This document shows positions 31,486 through 42,565 of a stretch of 64,000 nt of DNA, piece by piece. Numbering within the stretch: position 1 is the first letter of the stretch; each line of letters starts with the position of its first letter. Position numbers and translations under genes: made by a program. Origin of the DNA: Candidatus Bathyarchaeota archaeon (GTDB lineage: Archaea > Thermoproteota > Bathyarchaeia > TCS64); NCBI GenBank assembly GCA_963771885.1, contig CAVYVF010000022.1:320001-384000 (forward strand), in the 5' to 3' direction. Under the pieces are notes generated by a model. The model did no database searches, was not told where the DNA came from, and saw only the letters and a list, made by a program, of their open reading frames with translations.

Positions 31486-32838
31486 CTAGTTACTTGAGTA
31501 TTCTTTTGTCAGCTTTGTAGTGAGGGCTTGGAGATTTTTACTAATGTGGAGCTCGTAGGGTTGGGGTGCCTTGATCTTCTTACAGGTATCGGGGAGCTTG
31601 GCGACACTCTCGACCGAATAGTCCCGTATCTTGCTTAGGGTGAGGCGTTTCTTCAAGCGGTGGCCGTTTTCCGCAACCTTCCTGAGGAGGGGCGTGCCTA
31701 TGGGCTCTTCCCCGTCGAGTTGGAGCACATCGTGAGTGTAGCGGTTATTCAACTCGATTCGACAAAGTTGCTTGCGTCCGGGGTAAGTCTTCTTGCTATC
31801 GGATAGTTTGATCCTCGGGCCGTAGTTGTCCTCGACGAGCTTGTAGACGCCGCCGAGAGCGGCGATCGGCTTGGCGGTTATCATCTCGGTTCCTACGCCG
31901 TAGCTGTCGACTGGTGCCTCGTGGCGGGTGAAGGCGTCAATCTTGTACTCGTTCAGGTCGCTGCTGACGACTATTTTGACGTATTTTAGGTCCGCTTTGT
32001 CGAGGATTTTACGTATCTTCTTAGAGAGACCCCTCATGTTACCAGAGTCGAGGCGGACAGCCTTCAGGTGGTGGCCTTGGGTCTCCATCTCCTTGGCGAC
32101 AGCCGCTGCCTTTTTTGCGCCTTGAACAGTGTCGTATGTGTCAATTAGGAAGACGGAGTCGTCTGGAAAGGTGTGAGCGTATGCCCGGAAGGCGTCCGTC
32201 TCTTCGGGGAAGCCCATTATGTAGCTGTGGGCCATAGTGCCGCTTGGGGGTATGCCGTAGTCTTTTGCAGCCTCGACGTTGCTTGTGGCGATAACTCCGG
32301 CGATGTAGGCGGCTCTTGCTCCTTTGACACCTGCGTCGAATCCCTGTGCCCTGCGGAGGCCGAAGTCGATGACCTGCGATCGACCGGCGGCGTTTACTAC
32401 CCTGCTGGCTTTGGAGGCGATGAGGGTCTGGAAGTTGACGATGTTGAGGAGAGCGGTCTCGAGTAGCTGTGCCTGTGGACGCTTGGCCGTGACTCGTAGT
32501 ATGGGGGAGTTGTTTGTGACTGGCGTGCCTTCGGCGACGGCGGTTATCTCACCCTCGAAGCGGAAATGGTGGAGGTAATCGAGGTAGTCGTCGCTGAATA
32601 TTCCGAGGCCTTTAAGGTAGGCGATATCATCATCTGTAAAGCGGATGTTGCATGCGTAATCTATCGCCTCGTCGAGACCGACTGCGACGAGATAGCCCCA
32701 GTTCTTCGGCAGTGATCGTACGAACATCTCGAATGAGGCGACCTCATTCGTCTTGTTGTTGTCGAGGTATGATGCGTTCATCGTGAGCTGGTATAGATCG
32801 GTTAGCAGGGCGTTCCTGTGCTCAGCAGTTATGCTCAT
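31486..32838 (-). CDS. pncB: Nicotinate phosphoribosyltransferase
   Basis: LLTDLYQLTM, DFGLRRAQG, GTMAHS, LIDTYD, VRLDSG, GVYKL. Confidence 0.95.
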   Translation of the reverse strand: MSITAEHRNALLTDLYQLTMNASYLDNNKTNEVASFEMFVRSLPKNWGYLVAVGLDEAIDYACNIRFTDDDIAYLKGLGIFSDDYLDYLHHFRFEGEITAVAEGTPVTNNSPILRVTAKRPQAQLLETALLNIVNFQTLIASKASRVVNAAGRSQVIDFGLRRAQGFDAGVKGARAAYIAGVIATSNVEAAKDYGIPPSGTMAHSYIMGFPEETDAFRAYAHTFPDDSVFLIDTYDTVQGAKKAAAVAKEMETQGHHLKAVRLDSGNMRGLSKKIRKILDKADLKYVKIVVSSDLNEYKIDAFTRHEAPVDSYGVGTEMITAKPIAALGGVYKLVEDNYGPRIKLSDSKKTYPGRKQLCRIELNNRYTHDVLQLDGEEPIGTPLLRKVAENGHRLKKRLTLSKIRDYSVESVAKLPDTCKKIKAPQPYELHISKNLQALTTKLTKEYSSN

Positions 32839-32920
32839 TATGTGTTGTGTGTCGATTTGTTGGATATACCTCTATCGAGAGATGAGGGATCGTATAATTG
32901 TCAAATTAGCATGCGCGTTT

Positions 32921-33835
32921 TTATCCGGATGCGTAGATCGGGTTTGACCAAGCGGTCCTGCCCTGGTAGTCGGTAACCTCGACTCTGACGTATTTTTCAC
33001 CTGGTCGGCCGGGGTAGGTGTACTGTGTCAGTGGCTCGTCTCGGGCTGTGAAACGTGCGCCGAGGCTCGGTTGGCTGCTGAAGGTCATGGTTTTAACGGG
33101 ACTGCTTTCGACATGTATGCCCTCCGCCGTAAACTGTATGTTCTTGATGGTCGGGCCATTGCTGGCATAAAAGTGGCCTTTCTCTATCGCTTTGATTATG
33201 TTTAGGAGTGTGTTGTCGGTAGACTTGACCATTATCCATGCGCCGCAAGCGTCGCTGGGCTTTAGGGGTTCTGGGGCGCCGTGGTGGTCGTCTGTCGCGA
33301 AGATTAGGGGGCGCCTACCAGCGACAAGTAGTGCGTCTAAGTGTGGTGCGGAGTAGCCTGTGCCGCGGTAGACATCGCAGCTCGTGTTGTATATTTCGAC
33401 GCCGAGGAAGCCTTTGAGTCTTAGGAGGTCTGCTGTGTGCAGGCCACTCCAGTAAGGGTGGGCGATGATAGTGAATCCCCCCTGCTCGGCGGTGAGACTT
33501 ATCGCTCGCTGTGGGTCGGTTGTCGGGTCAAAGTCTCGTAAAGGCAGGGTCTCTCGGATGTTGACGGCGACGATGTGGGTCGTCGTTCCGGCTTGGCTTG
33601 TGCCGATGCATATCTCCTGGGCGGGGATGAGTGTCATACCCCGACTGTCGAGCTTGGTTGGGTCGACTAGTGTTCCGTGATCGGTAATGGCGAGAAAGTC
33701 GTATCCATTCCTTTTGTAGTGGTCGACGGCCTCCTGTGGAGTTCTGACGCCGTCGGATACGGTCGTATGTGTGTGCAGGTTTCCCTTGAGCCATTGTCCG
33801 GGGGTGGTAAAGGGGTTGGGGAACTCGCTATTCAT
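32921..33835 (-). CDS. PHP-domain (CehA/McbA-like) metallohydrolase
   Basis: KGNLHTHTTVSDG, AITDH, AHPYWS, TDDHH, WSNPI. Confidence 0.88.
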   Translation of the reverse strand: MNSEFPNPFTTPGQWLKGNLHTHTTVSDGVRTPQEAVDHYKRNGYDFLAITDHGTLVDPTKLDSRGMTLIPAQEICIGTSQAGTTTHIVAVNIRETLPLRDFDPTTDPQRAISLTAEQGGFTIIAHPYWSGLHTADLLRLKGFLGVEIYNTSCDVYRGTGYSAPHLDALLVAGRRPLIFATDDHHGAPEPLKPSDACGAWIMVKSTDNTLLNIIKAIEKGHFYASNGPTIKNIQFTAEGIHVESSPVKTMTFSSQPSLGARFTARDEPLTQYTYPGRPGEKYVRVEVTDYQGRTAWSNPIYASG

Positions 33836-33909
33836 AAGTCAAGTTGAGGGGGTTGAGGTTATGAGTCTTGCCGATGTTTATTCGTCTAAAAGTAGTAATA
33901 TGATTCTTT

Positions 33910-34197
33910 TTATTGTTGGGATTCGTTTGCGCATTTTGGGCAGATTAGCACTTCATCAAATCCAGTTGGGTAGCTTATCTGGAATCCATGTGTTTTACAT
34001 TTAATGAGGTAGAAGGGGAGATTTTTCTTCCATCCATTGAAACTAGTATGACCCAGAAGCACAGAGCCACTGATCCCGAGTGTGATGAGTTGGATCAGAT
34101 TGAGGCTGGAGACTAAAGCTAACATAGTCTCTGGGTTTACCTGAGCTAAGCTTAAGGCGCTTGCGAGACTAATCCCAGCCAGCAGTTTGCTCTCCAT
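33910..34197 (-). CDS. Small hypothetical zinc-binding protein
   Basis: CKTHG...YP.G...LICPKC metal-ligand pattern. Confidence 0.65.
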   Translation of the reverse strand: MESKLLAGISLASALSLAQVNPETMLALVSSLNLIQLITLGISGSVLLGHTSFNGWKKNLPFYLIKCKTHGFQISYPTGFDEVLICPKCANESQQ

Positions 34198-34538
34198 TTA
34201 TATTACTCTCACTCAGCTGAGAATAACATATCGTTATTTCTTATATTAATTTTTAGGTGAGGAAAAAGTATCAAATTTTCTATTTTTATTGAGGATCGGA
34301 TTTTTTCCGGTTGTTTGGGGTTTCCTGAGGCTTGTAAGTGTATTCTGTGTCTTGATTTTGGGTTTTTTGACGTTTCTTTGGATTTTTTAGTTGTTTGATG
34401 ATTTTTTGTGGCGAGTTTTTTTTGATTAATTTGTGAGTTGGATTGTGGGTTTTGGGTTCATATTTTGGGTATGTGTGGGGAATCCATAGAGTATAAGTGG
34501 TTAGAATCTCCTCGTTTTTAGCGTAGGTGGGGGATAGA

Positions 34539-34697
34539 TTGGAGAAGAAGTGTGATAAGTGTCTTGAGAAGTTGGGGGTGGCGGTCTCCTATGTTCCTGA
34601 TTTGGGTGAATCGTGTACGGAGTGTTTGATGAGTATCCCTTCTCGAGAGTTTGTTGGGAAAAGTAAGCGAGTTTTTAGTCGTTTGAATGCTCAGTAA
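34539..34697 (+). CDS. 52-aa CxxC/CxxC zinc-finger microprotein (paralog of 49160..49315)
   Basis: TTG start after AGGTGG RBS; MEKKCDKCLEKLGVAVSYVPDLGESCTECLMSIPSREFVGKSKRVFSRLNAQ; below the ORF-track cutoff. Confidence 0.7.
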   Translation: MEKKCDKCLEKLGVAVSYVPDLGESCTECLMSIPSREFVGKSKRVFSRLNAQ

Positions 34698-34710
34698 TCT
34701 TCTTGTTTTG

Positions 34711-35643
34711 TTAGAAGAACTGGGGTAGTATCAGCGCCAAGTTTATTGATCCTATGATTACGAAGATATTCATGACTAGATTGAATATGATGATCAGTCT
34801 CTTTGTTCGGAGTAGGTATTCGTCACTCATCACGGCTACTTTGTCGAAGTGGTTCATTATTGGAAAGGCATATCTCAGGAAGACTAGACAGCTCAATACT
34901 ACGAATATTGGTAGTATCATGTTGAATCCAAAGTTCAGATAGGTGAATGGGGTTAGGGTCATTATTAATAAGATTCCACTCATCATGAGTTGGATTCTTC
35001 TTTTCCAGGATAGTACGCTTGCTAAGGTTTTTACCCCTTGTAGTTTATCTGCGAAGACGTCGGTCGAGTCCATGGCTGCGGGCATGACGGCGAATCCGTA
35101 GATTGCGAAGAATATGGTGCCTATCATTGCCATCCATGAGAAGGAGTTGATTATGGCATAGCTGACGGTTATGTTTACTAGGAATAGTCCTGTGACGATG
35201 ACTGATTCTTTGATTAGGAATTTTTTCTTGAGGTGTATTGGGGGGTAGGAGTATATTAGGAATAGGAGTAAGTAGGCTAGTGTGAAGATGAAGCTGATTA
35301 GGTTTAGGTAATAGCTTAATGCTACTCCGATTATGGCGGAGATGTAGACGAGGTATCGTGCATTTTTTAGGGGAACAGATCCTGAGGGTAGAGGTCGGTC
35401 CTTTTTTACTGAGTTGTTTTTATCTGCTTCCGTGTCGATGATGTCATTGTATATGTAAACGGCTAATACGGTGAAGAATACGCTTAGTAGGGTGAGTATG
35501 GTTGGTATTAATGGGGGGAAGCCTCGTCCGACGAGAAGGGAGAAAACCATTGATGCCCACATCCATAATCCTAGAGCCTCTCGTCTAGATTTGATGAGTG
35601 TTACAATATCCTTTAGGAAGGATGACTTTGAGGCCTGCAACAT
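34711..35643 (-). CDS. UbiA-family prenyltransferase
   Basis: YIYNDIIDTEAD, RPLPSG, YSYPP, DSTD..AD..QGVKTLA; multi-TM. Confidence 0.9.
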   Translation of the reverse strand: MLQASKSSFLKDIVTLIKSRREALGLWMWASMVFSLLVGRGFPPLIPTILTLLSVFFTVLAVYIYNDIIDTEADKNNSVKKDRPLPSGSVPLKNARYLVYISAIIGVALSYYLNLISFIFTLAYLLLFLIYSYPPIHLKKKFLIKESVIVTGLFLVNITVSYAIINSFSWMAMIGTIFFAIYGFAVMPAAMDSTDVFADKLQGVKTLASVLSWKRRIQLMMSGILLIMTLTPFTYLNFGFNMILPIFVVLSCLVFLRYAFPIMNHFDKVAVMSDEYLLRTKRLIIIFNLVMNIFVIIGSINLALILPQFF

Positions 35644-36124
35644 ATACCCCGAACCTAAGGGGGATAATTACTATAATAAGTTTTTTAATTTGTAGATATT
35701 ATTTTTTTTACTGTTATTAAAGAAATATTTATCATGGAAGAAAAAATTACTATCTTTTTACATGATCATTGTGATGAAGTGGTAAAAATCTGTACTATTC
35801 CTAAGGATTGCATGCCTTGGAAACGGTTATACAGGTTTGTCGGTCATGAGTTGTAATATATAGATCTCAAAAGTCGAGTGAAATATGGGGTTGTTACGGG
35901 TGTGTCCTAAAGTGTAAAAGAGAAAAAGGGGGATTGCATATCTTTTTCAAGTTATGCCGCCTTTCGGAGGCGCGAAATGTTTTTGATCTATTTCCACCCC
36001 CAAAAACAATTTTTACTTTCTATGTTTATGAACTTTGCAGATGTTTGGTAATAACTATTGATATGATTTAAAAGTAAGAAGGTTTGATTTTTTTAGTAAC
36101 ACTTGGTAACCTGCTTACAATTGG

Positions 36125-36517
36125 CTACGATGGTATCTTATTGTATACTAGTGTTAGTAAGGAAGTGATGCGTGGCTGGTCTTTTACTCGGTAGAATACC
36201 CATTTTCCTTCTTTTCTGCTAGTTATTAAGTCGGCGTCTTCCAGGATTTTGAGATGGTGGCTCGTGGTTGGCTGGGTCATATCGAAGGCTGTCATTATCT
36301 CACACACGCACATCTCCCTGACTAGGAGGACCGCTATGATGCGCTGTCGCGTCTCGTCGCCTAGTGCCTTGAAGACCTTGCTCCTTAACTTGGCCTGCTC
36401 CTTGCCTCCTTCTGTCGAGCCGAGTTGCCTTAATTTCTCTCGGTATACTCCGGCGTCAATGCAGTCACATCTACCCGAGCAGACAAGCCTCTCAAGGGAG
36501 TCGTCGGTCTTGGACAT
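36125..36517 (-). CDS. ArsR/SmtB metalloregulator
   Basis: FKALGDETRQRI, EMCVCEI, TQPTTSHHLKIL, GKWVFY. Confidence 0.9.
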   Translation of the reverse strand: MSKTDDSLERLVCSGRCDCIDAGVYREKLRQLGSTEGGKEQAKLRSKVFKALGDETRQRIIAVLLVREMCVCEIMTAFDMTQPTTSHHLKILEDADLITSRKEGKWVFYRVKDQPRITSLLTLVYNKIPS

Positions 36518-36637
36518 ACACCTTAACCCTCTTCTTGGTGTGATTAATGGTTTCTCCTTCAAGCAGTGTATTATACTGAATATTAAAGAGGGCTGAATAT
36601 GCATGTAAGTGGGTTATGGGGAACTCGTTCATGGAGC

Positions 36638-37183
36638 TTATCCATGGTGTTGCTCAAGGAGCGTTCGGATTTGCTTGATCGTCTCCTCTTTTACGCGGAG
36701 TTCTTCTTCGAGAGAACTGATGTAGGTGCGTTCTGACTGGAGTAGACTATCTACTCTGACATCTATGTCATTAATGAGCAGACCTTGAGTGACGACGGAT
36801 ACATTTGAGACGTCGCGCATTTCTTGATCAAGGTCAAGATAACCGTTCGCTATCTCTTTTAGATATTTCGTGGCATCAACGTCGAGAATCTTGTGTCGAA
36901 TGCTCTCTTCAATAATTTTTAGGATCATCCTCGTCGATTTCTCGAGTTCCCCTAATGAGCCCAGCTTTTCAGCGAAGATCTTTTTATCGATTACACTTAT
37001 TGCCTTTCGCGAATTCTCTTCGAAGGATAAGATTTGGTTTACTATCGGTTCGAGTTCCTTAAGATGAGATTCGTTAAGTTTAATCGGAGGGTTCTTAGAT
37101 TCGATGTCGATAACGCCTGTTTTTTTGGGTTCTTCTCTTGTTTCATTGTTTTTTTCGAAGTCGTCTTGACTCATGTTTCTCAT
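36638..37183 (-). CDS. Hypothetical coiled-coil protein
   Basis: 181-aa charged helical ORF; no motif recognised. Confidence 0.6.
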   Translation of the reverse strand: MRNMSQDDFEKNNETREEPKKTGVIDIESKNPPIKLNESHLKELEPIVNQILSFEENSRKAISVIDKKIFAEKLGSLGELEKSTRMILKIIEESIRHKILDVDATKYLKEIANGYLDLDQEMRDVSNVSVVTQGLLINDIDVRVDSLLQSERTYISSLEEELRVKEETIKQIRTLLEQHHG

Positions 37184-37415
37184 AGATTTTTCACGTTATT
37201 TAACGGTTCCGAGTTCTATGAGAGATATCCAAGTCTAGAGATTGATCGCGAGACTTCTGAATTTATAAATCAGCATTTTGATTGGAAGAAGGCTATTGGA
37301 TGGTTTGTATTGTTGTGGGAGCTATTGTTGGAGTCGAGAAGCAGGGGATACCTTCCAGCGAAAATTAGTTTTAATTACTTGGTTTGAAAGCTATATTGAT
37401 CATTAGGGATGTTTC

Positions 37416-37715
37416 TTGTCGGGTTTTAGGGACGATGTAAGTTCGACTAACTGTCCTCTGTGTGGTAGAACAATGGAAATAGTCAGCGAGTTACCGAGAT
37501 TCAATATTGAGATATGTAGAGTTCATGGCATCCTTGGCGTCGATAAGCCTACTAAGGATGTATGGATATTGGATGGATTCGACATCAATATGGCTCCGAT
37601 TAAACTAAAATGGTACACGGTTGAGAATCATAAGGCTTTGACATTACCCCGATATAGAGAGATGGTTAAACTGGCAAATTTTCATCGTCTAGAAAAAATG
37701 AATTCTGGGAATTAA
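37416..37715 (+). CDS. Hypothetical protein with CPxC...CxxHG motif
   Basis: 99-aa ORF containing CPLC and CRVHG. Confidence 0.55.
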   Translation: MSGFRDDVSSTNCPLCGRTMEIVSELPRFNIEICRVHGILGVDKPTKDVWILDGFDINMAPIKLKWYTVENHKALTLPRYREMVKLANFHRLEKMNSGN

Positions 37716-38037
37716 GTTAATTTGTTTTTCAGGCATTAAAACAACGGAGATAATTTTTCTTCGAGTCTGATATGAGTATTGCGGGATCTTACACCGGCGC
37801 CTGGCTTAAACAGTGGAGCTGTGGTTCAGTGCTTGGACTCCAGGGCTTTTTTCAGCTTTATGAAGGCTGGAAGAGAAGCGTGTTAACCGGAAAGAATGTA
37901 TGCGTGGAATAATCCAAGGTGTGTTCGACTGATACATTATTGATAGTTGCTAATCCCTTGACTATTTGCTTAGCATAACAGAGTCTCTACGAGGTTAAAT
38001 ATCAAAACAACGCCACTATCCTGCCGAGGCTAATCCC

Positions 38038-39579
38038 CTGCCCGAAGAGTATTCCAAACTCGTCAGACAATCAGCTCATGGTAGCCTCGCACTCCTAATT
38101 GGACAAGTAGCATCAGCCATAATCCTCGCAGTAACAACAATAATAGTCGCTGGAGTAATTGGATCGGTTCACTATGGCGAATACTCAAAGATCTTCGTCC
38201 CCATCAGTATTGCCCTATTGATCCAGGACCCCGGAATCACCGTTGCCCTAACCAGATATGTATCGATTTATCAGCAGCCCAAAGAAGCTGATAAACAGGG
38301 CACATTCATAATCACGGGACTCGCATTAAATCTAGCCACTTCAGTTATTTTGTCATCAATTCTATACTTGTTCGCAGCGCCTATTGCAGAGGGGTTTCTT
38401 CAGCAAAAAGAACTTGAGGATATGCTTAGAGTCGCGTCATTTGCTGTGATCGGTCAAGCACTGATCTACACAACTAACTCAATCTTCATCGGTTATATGA
38501 GAGTACAACTACAAAACCTATCGACTTTACTCTACGCCATCCTCAGAGGCGTTGCGTCAACCATACTCGTCCTCATTGGGTTTGGGTTGCCAGGAGCAAT
38601 TATGAGCCAAGTGGCAGCATTTCTCATCACGGGTGCGGTAGCACTAACCATCACACTTCTAATCGTTCATAAGAAAAGTCGAGCATCACTTTCATCTGAG
38701 GCTCTACGAGAAATGCTACGATTCGGTGCCCCGATCTACCTGAGCAATCTAATCGGAGGTGCCCTCAACCAACTCACAAGTAGCCTTATGGTGCTATACG
38801 TCGTAAGCTCAGAAATTGGTAACTATGGGGTGGCACTCAACTTCACGGTTCTCATATCCTTCCTAATAAGCCCCATCCAGACAACCATCTATCCATTATT
38901 CTCAAAGCTGGGGAGAGGCACCCTTAACCTAAAACACGCATACATTAACTCAGTAAAATACTCCGCGCTCTTAGCTATCCCCGCTTCAATAGCGCTCATA
39001 GTCCTCTCAGGATCGATAATAACAATAATCTACGGAGACAGTTACCCCACCGCATCTCTCTACTTCTCCGTCTACCTACTAACCAGTATTCCAATAGGTC
39101 TTGGAGGAACTTGCCAAGGTACCATCCTCAACAGCCAAGGTGAAACAAGGGCAAATTTGTGGAGAAGTATGCTCACATTAATTACGGGGGCAGCACTCGC
39201 CTTCCTACTTATACCGGTATGGGGTATACTTGGACTTATAATTAGCCTAATAGCGTCAGCTTACCCTGCATTAATTTATGGCCACGTCTTTATCAAAAAC
39301 AAGCTTGGTCTCACCTTCGATCTCAACTCTTCATTGAAAATATATGCTTGCTCGCTCGCCTCACTCGCCACGACTCTTATTATAATATACTTCGTTTCGA
39401 GCCCACTGCTAGAGCTGGCCATAGGTGGCCTAGTCTACCTCGCAAGCTACTTAATAACACTCAAGATAACTAAAACATTAAACGTAGACGATTACCAGAT
39501 GTTTCGTTCCATACTCGGAACCACTGGAGCATTCAGTAAAACATTACTCAATCTACTCGCAATTTACGAGAGATTATAA
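38038..39579 (+). CDS. Oligosaccharide flippase (Wzx/MOP family), probable CTG start
   Basis: Frame stays open upstream of 38218 and encodes a typical flippase N-terminus (LPEEYSKLVRQSAHGSLALLIGQ..YGEY); many TM segments. Confidence 0.85.
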   Translation: MPEEYSKLVRQSAHGSLALLIGQVASAIILAVTTIIVAGVIGSVHYGEYSKIFVPISIALLIQDPGITVALTRYVSIYQQPKEADKQGTFIITGLALNLATSVILSSILYLFAAPIAEGFLQQKELEDMLRVASFAVIGQALIYTTNSIFIGYMRVQLQNLSTLLYAILRGVASTILVLIGFGLPGAIMSQVAAFLITGAVALTITLLIVHKKSRASLSSEALREMLRFGAPIYLSNLIGGALNQLTSSLMVLYVVSSEIGNYGVALNFTVLISFLISPIQTTIYPLFSKLGRGTLNLKHAYINSVKYSALLAIPASIALIVLSGSIITIIYGDSYPTASLYFSVYLLTSIPIGLGGTCQGTILNSQGETRANLWRSMLTLITGAALAFLLIPVWGILGLIISLIASAYPALIYGHVFIKNKLGLTFDLNSSLKIYACSLASLATTLIIIYFVSSPLLELAIGGLVYLASYLITLKITKTLNVDDYQMFRSILGTTGAFSKTLLNLLAIYERL

Positions 39580-39747
39580 CTCAATAAACATTATTAATTA
39601 TCTAACTTATTGATAGTTATCCTCTGAAGCGCGCTTATTTTTCGACGTTTAATGAGAACTGTTGTAGATTATTTGATAATCGGCGAGTATTATTTAAAGT
39701 TTAAATTTGACTAAAATGTATTTAGGTTTCGTCGCGGTGATTGATCT

Positions 39748-40599
39748 ATGAATAATAAATCCAAACTCAACACAAACATTGCTAAATCATTGTTTCAGAC
39801 TTTGGTCGAAAGATCCAATGATGCGATCCTTGTCGTCTCAGGCGAAACTCTAGTCTATGTAAACCAGGTTACAACGGTGCTATGTGGATACGATAAGCCC
39901 GAGGAAATAATTGGGAAAAATGCATTACAATTCATCTCGCCGACATACCGTAAGCATTTCACGGAGCGAGTTAAAAGTAGACAAGCGGGTAACCCTCAAC
40001 TAGTGAGATTTGAGCACGAGATAGTTAGAAAGGATGGATCAATTGTCCCCGTGGAAACTACGGCTTCACTAGTTGAATACGAGGGGAAACCGGCGGTACT
40101 TTTTATAAGCCGAGACATATCTGAAAAGAAGAATTTTATAGCTAAGTTAATCGCCCTTCACAAGTTCACCGTACAGATCGGTAAGGCCCAGTCACTTGTC
40201 GACATATCAGAGCCTACACTCAGTGCAATCACTACAGTGATGGGTTTCAAGCTTGCGAATTTTATGCTAAGGGAAGAAGACCATCTGGGATGTGTCCATG
40301 ATGTTGGGTATGAATCATCCTATTGGCATACCCCAATAGAGGGTAAAGGGGGAATGTCCTCCGCGGCACGCGAGGCACGCACGGTAATTGTTAATGATCC
40401 CAAAAACATTGTTGATCACCTACAACAATATGGCATACAATCCGAAATAGTCACCCCCATAATCGCAAAAGGCAGGGTTGAAGCGGTAATCAGCATAGAG
40501 AGTAAAGAAAAAGAGGCTTTCCTTGATTCCGATGCACAAATATTGGAGATTATTGCGCAATACGCGGGATCTGCACTTGAGCGTATTGATCTGACCTGA
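39748..40599 (+). CDS. PAS-GAF sensor protein without output domain
   Basis: PAS (LVYVN..EEIIGK..KDGS.VPVE..RDISEKK) followed by GAF (SEIVTPI..F...D.QILE). Confidence 0.85.
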   Translation: MNNKSKLNTNIAKSLFQTLVERSNDAILVVSGETLVYVNQVTTVLCGYDKPEEIIGKNALQFISPTYRKHFTERVKSRQAGNPQLVRFEHEIVRKDGSIVPVETTASLVEYEGKPAVLFISRDISEKKNFIAKLIALHKFTVQIGKAQSLVDISEPTLSAITTVMGFKLANFMLREEDHLGCVHDVGYESSYWHTPIEGKGGMSSAAREARTVIVNDPKNIVDHLQQYGIQSEIVTPIIAKGRVEAVISIESKEKEAFLDSDAQILEIIAQYAGSALERIDLT

Positions 40600-40698
40600 C
40601 ATAATACTAGCTCATTTACCAAAGATATGTATTAGAGATATGGATTGTAAAACCTTTAACTATTTATTAAATAAAATATACAATCTTTTCGAAGCATT

Positions 40699-42565
40699 AT
40701 GATGCCATTTCGGCAGCCGTTTAGTCTGATCAAGGTATTACATGTAGACGATGATCAGCTGCAAATCGAAATGGTAAAACAGTTTGTTGGATACTTCGAC
40801 AAAGAAATAGACATTGAGTCCACGACAGATCCACGTGAATTTCAGGACAAGTTAAACAAGAATTATTATGACTGCCTAATTGTGGACTTCCAGATGCCGG
40901 AAATTAGTGGCATCGAGTTAGCCAAGATAATCAGAAAGACAAACAACATCCCAATCATACTATACACAGGGCAAGGAAGCGAGGAAGTCGCCGCCGAGGC
41001 ATACAACGTCGGGATAACTGACTATATCCGTAAAGAAATTACGCCCCCCCACTATCAAATACTCGCCAAACGCGTCAGGGATATTGTAGAGAAGCGCAGA
41101 ATTGAACACATATACAGCAACGTCGTAAAAGATGCTAAAGACGCAATCGCATTAATAGCGCAGGATAAGCTCATTTTCGCAAATAAAACTTTCTTAAACC
41201 TACTTGGAGCCACAGAAAGGGAACTATACAGTGGCGACAACTCGAGACTAGTCAAAGACCTTCAGAAAAATCTCGTCGATGAGGATATACAGAAGCTCCT
41301 CAATGGAGAGAAGAAGTCATACACAACCGAGGTCGAACTGAAAAAGAGAAACAATGAGAAAACACCCGTTGATGTAAAGATCAGTGCAATAAACTACCTC
41401 GGAGGAAAGGTGCTTCTCTTCATTGTAAGAGACATTACTGAAAGGAAGGCTCTGGAGAACGAGATTAAAAGATCTGAAAATAAATACCGTGCCTTGATAG
41501 AACTCGCACCCGATGGGGTTATCACCTTAAGTCTCACAGGGACGGTGACTTGGGTCAACGACGCCTACGTAGCAATAACGGGCTACACCGCCGATGAGAT
41601 CGTTGGGAAGAAAGTGTGGTCTCTAAAAACTGTCAGGCCGACAGACGTTACCAAATTCTTCAAGGCATTCTTCGACGTACTAAGGGGCAAAGACATCCCA
41701 TCCATGCAGTTTCAATGGATTGCTAAGGACGGTACGACGGGGTGGGGAGAGGGACGCGCCAGCCTCATCAAAATTGGAGGCGAGAAGAAAGAGGTACTAC
41801 TCTCCCTACGAGACATCACTGAGAGAAAACAGATGGAGGACGACCTTCTGAGTATACTCGAAGGAAATGCATCGTCTTGCTGAGGAGCGTGCGGAGAAGC
41901 TGCTAGAGTCGGAGAAGATGGTATTAGCTGGCACAATCGCTTCGTCTGTTGCCCATGACCTGAAAGGTCCGCTAAACACGATCCTCAACGCCGTATATCT
42001 TATGGAAACCAAACCGGAGAAAGCCGCTGAGATGAGGGGGCTCATCGTCAAGGCGGTCGGAAACGCAGCGAAGATGCTCGAAGAGGTGCGTGGTAAAACG
42101 GTTTCAGTCGGACTTAACTACGAGGAAGTTGACATCGCCGAATTGATAGAGGACGTCATCGCCGAGTCCCCTAGACCGAGCCATGTCCAGGTACGGACTA
42201 ATCTAAAGCATGTAAACGTCGAGGTCGACAAACTCCGAATAAGGAGAGTCATTGAGAATCTTCTGAGAAACGCGGTTGAAGCCATAGATTCCAAGGGATG
42301 TGTAACCTTCACCAACAGGAGAGATGAAGACAGCGTAGTGATTGAGGTAGAGGATACGGGTAAAGGAATAGAAAAGAGTCGGCTTGACACACTCTTCAAG
42401 CCGTTCCAAACCACAAAAGCATCCGGGACCGGGTTGGGATTAACCTACTGTAAAAATACTCTTGACGAGCATAAAGGTCAGATTAGCGTAAAGTCAAAAA
42501 TCGGGTCGGGCACAACATTCACCTTAAAGATTCCGATGAAGAAATGGTCAATGGAAAAGACGTGA
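40699..42565 (+). CDS. Hybrid REC-PAS-PAS histidine kinase, frameshifted near 41850
   Basis: REC (LHVDDD, DFQMP, YTGQG, YIRK) and 2 PAS in 40699..41883; H box AHDLKGPL, N box NAVEA, DTGKG and GTGLGL in 41867..42565. Confidence 0.9.

Noticed and set aside
24..33794. Numerous 60-200 aa antisense or overlapping ORFs in the track (e.g. 362..958, 4411..4929, 11619..12197, 18734..19360)
   Set aside because: Shadow frames of well-supported GC-rich genes; no motifs
35734..35856. 40-codon ORF MEEKITIFLHDHCDEVVKICTIPKDC...
   Set aside because: Cys/His-rich but no RBS, no paralog and no recognisable motif; cannot be supported
37770..37880. Possible structured ncRNA (local hairpin TTCAGCTTT..AAGGCTGGAA)
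   Set aside because: One imperfect hairpin; no tRNA, SRP, RNase P or C/D-box pattern recognised
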